Positions 61,041 to 64,000 of a DNA stretch of 64,000 nt are shown piece after piece. The DNA is taken from positions 75,082,001 through 75,146,000 of the forward strand of contig NC_043002.1 of the NCBI RefSeq assembly GCF_006345805.1. The letters run 5' to 3'. The first letter of the stretch is position 1. Each line of letters opens with the position of its first letter. A model generated the notes under the pieces. It saw only the letters and a program-made list of their open reading frames with translations, ran no database searches and had not been told where the DNA came from. This stretch comes from Octopus sinensis (taxonomy: Eukaryota). The position numbers and the translations under genes are program-made.

Positions 61041-62187
61041 CGTATATTTGTGTGTGCGTGTGCATACCTTTCACTAATGAGTGTTGCCATAAGATATGCA
61101 AAGCAAACACTGATAAAATGATGCAGTTCATTAAAAAGTATTGCATGGACTTTATTTCATTTGAGTTACATACATATTCCCTAGTTATTGTCACTGTTGC
61201 AGATGTATCAAACCAGTGAATGTTCTGTTGGAAATCTACAACCCGTGACACTATTGTTTTCAAAATACATATCATCCAGTAAATAAATTGATATAGCTTT
61301 GAAATTGACAATGTTATGGTAGATACTATGATTTTATCCATAGATTTTATAGTTAGAAAAACCATACTATTGGTATGTACTTATTGAATGAATGATCCTC
61401 AAAATCTTGATGATATCTCTGTTTAACACTGGATTTTTTTTAATGAAATAAATTGATATAATGTATTCTCTTGTGAAGTGATTAAGCCTTTGTTAGGAAT
61501 AGGTGTTAAGCTACTGGTGGTGTTTTCTAGATGCTTGTTTTGTACCTTATGGCTTCATTTGTTTTTTTCTTTTAATATGTTCTGATGTGAAGGAGGTGAA
61601 TATTCATAACTTTCATGAGCCTTGCCATGCTGGCAGGTGATTATTGTAGCTGATGTTCTACTAAAATTTGTGCTTGTTGGTGCCTATAAGAGAATTGAAG
61701 GTATTACCAGAAAAAAGAAAAAGAAAAACCACATCTGGAGAAGAAGGCTTAGGGAGACATGTTCAGTGCAGGCTTTTGAGGGTGAGACTGGGAATGGTGT
61801 TAGAAAAGTGGAGTATAAAGATTAGGTGGGCTGACCATATTTGCTGATTTAGAGCAAAAACTATTGAGGGTAATGGTGGAAAAGACATGGAAAATATAAC
61901 ATGTTAGTGTATTAGAGGTGACAATGCAAGTGGGTGGTTGTACAGAGATTTGCCTTGTTCTACCAAAGTGAATATTCAAGAATGTATTTTTGTATGTAGC
62001 AGGTGTCTCTTTAATTCCAGAAGTGTGACTGGCAATCCTTTGTGGGATACACATGTGCTTTGCAGAGGGACAGTGCCTAGTTGTTCAAAGCTGAATATGC
62101 TTCTGTTTATAAAGCTTTTGAAATGGAGTTTCCACTCACTGTTGTGATGAGGTTAACTCTTAGGACATTTACACTAATGTATTGGTT

Positions 62188-62397
62188 TTGAATTTTAGCG
62201 TAAGGTCAGTAATTTTAGGGAAGGGACAAGTCAATTACACTGAACCCCAGTGCTCAACTGGTACTTATTTTGTTGGCCCTGAAAGGATGAAAGGCAAAGT
62301 TGACCTTGGTGGAATTTGAACTCAGAACATAACAACAAACAAAATGCTGCTAAACCTTTTGTTCAGCATGCTAATGATTCTGCCAATTCACTGCCTT
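62188..62397 (-). mobile_element. SINE family B
   Basis: ccccagtgctcaactggtacttatttt...gaaaggatgaaaggcaaagttgacc...ggaatttgaactcagaac...gctaatgattctgcca. Confidence 0.87.
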
Positions 62398-62986
62398 ATT
62401 TACACTAATGATATAGGCAACAAAACAATGATGGCAAAGAACATAACTATAATATTTTAGCTCAGCCATACACCTTACCATGCAAATAGTTTTCCATCTG
62501 TCAACTGAAACCTAATTTGTTTCCTAAGTAGTTGTCAGATGTTCGAAAAATGACTGCTTTAACAGGAAGAGTAGTATGGCACTTGTTTCCTGGACAACTC
62601 TGGAGTAACATCTTGCAAGAGTCTTTCTAAGAATCCTCTGGAACATTATTACCCACTTCTGTAATCAGTCATCTTTCTGTATCTGAGAAACAAAGACAAA
62701 ACAAGCAGCACAGTATCAAAATTGTTGTTAAATCTCGAGTCTTTGTCTGTGTATATCAAGGATATTTAAGGGACAGAACTCAAACAATTGACTGGATTTA
62801 TTATGTTGATCTCTCTCATTGTGTACATGTTTGCATGTGTGTATGTATATGTTTGTAGTGAACACGAATGGTTCTGTGAATTTGGGCAAGTGTGTATTTG
62901 CTTGTGTATGCATGGTCAGTATTTGGGAGAAACGAGAGAGTTGTTCTCTATATTTGAGTGTTTGTGTATGTGGGTGTAAATGTGTT

Positions 62987-63029
<43 letters not shown>

Positions 63030-64000
63030 ATGTATGTATGTATAAAAATTAAGGAGAGAAAACAAATTCAAAGGTTGATGTATATATTAATGAAATTATA
63101 TATATATAACCATTCGTAGAGAGAGAGAGAGAGAGAGAGTGTGTCCGTGTGTCTATGCAAATATACATATTTATATATGTGCATATGCTTGTGTATTGTG
63201 TGAGTGAGAGACAGAAACACAAACAGATGGGTTCATCGACGGACAAGCATAGATGATAGAGGCAGCTTTGATTGGACTAATATTTTTGTATTACAAGGAA
63301 TATGGAAAAACAAAAAAAAAGGAAATTGAGTAAAGAGAATTTAAATATGGTAGGGCTGGTGTGGAAACATTAACATCCTGGATGTGTTAAATTATACACT
63401 GGCTCTGTCCATATTTATTCCTTAAGTCTTTCTATTCTCCACCTCACTGAAACTCAATAAAATCCATATCAGGCTCTGGTTTCTTAAAGTTACAGAACAC
63501 ACACATGTACACACGCACACATACACACACATACACTGTTTGTTCCTCATATTTTTGCCTTCTTTCTATTTCTCTTTTTGCTTTCTTTTGTTATTATTGT
63601 ATTTCATTTTATTTTTTTTCTGATAAGAAATTTCTCTATTTATTAAACATGGCAAAACTATCATTAAACAATTTATTTTGAACTTGAGTGAAAAAAAAAA
63701 AAAAACATTCTTGCGTGTGTATGTATGATTGATTATATTATGTGTGTACATGTATGTGTACATATAATTTCCAGCTTCAATAAATATTTATAACTACTTC
63801 CAATTCTCTAGACAAGTACACCCTATGAATTATTATTCTTCACTGCACACATGCCTTATTTTGCATGTTCACGTCAGCATTTTGAGTCTTAGCTTCTTTC
63901 TCAAACGATAGGATTCTCTGTAGTTTTATTCGTTAATTCGTTTATTTATTGATTGATTTTTTTTTTGTGTGTGTGTGAAGTGGAAGGGGAGGGAAGCATT

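Overview
This is eukaryotic, AT-rich, microsatellite-laden DNA that is essentially non-coding, either intergenic or inside very long introns. The repeat families (an RTE-clade LINE, several tRNA-headed SINEs, TTAA/TA/8-bp-TSD MITEs) match what I recall of octopod cephalopod (Octopus-type) genomes; this assignment is from memory, not a database search. I recognise no intact protein-coding gene, tRNA, rRNA or CRISPR array. Nearly all ORFs in the supplied track are translations of microsatellites or antisense reads of repeats. Well-supported features: a decayed RTE LINE 3' end (8.7-9.7 kb), many SINE copies including a head-to-tail run of six (26.4-27.9 kb), hAT, piggyBac, pogo/Tigger, mariner and Helentron-like non-autonomous elements, and two local duplications. 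Most interesting: (1) three foldback palindromes at 51.1-52.7 kb whose arms are perfect at the centre and mismatched at the edges, the largest carrying a hammerhead-ribozyme-like core on both strands; (2) a 540-bp Tc1/mariner foldback built from two transposase 3' ends; (3) a consensus AG|GTAAGT candidate recursive splice site at 55497/55498, downstream of a candidate TATA promoter and first exon at about 49.6 kb; (4) an apparent 26-nt templated insertion. All exon and promoter calls are low-confidence hypotheses.
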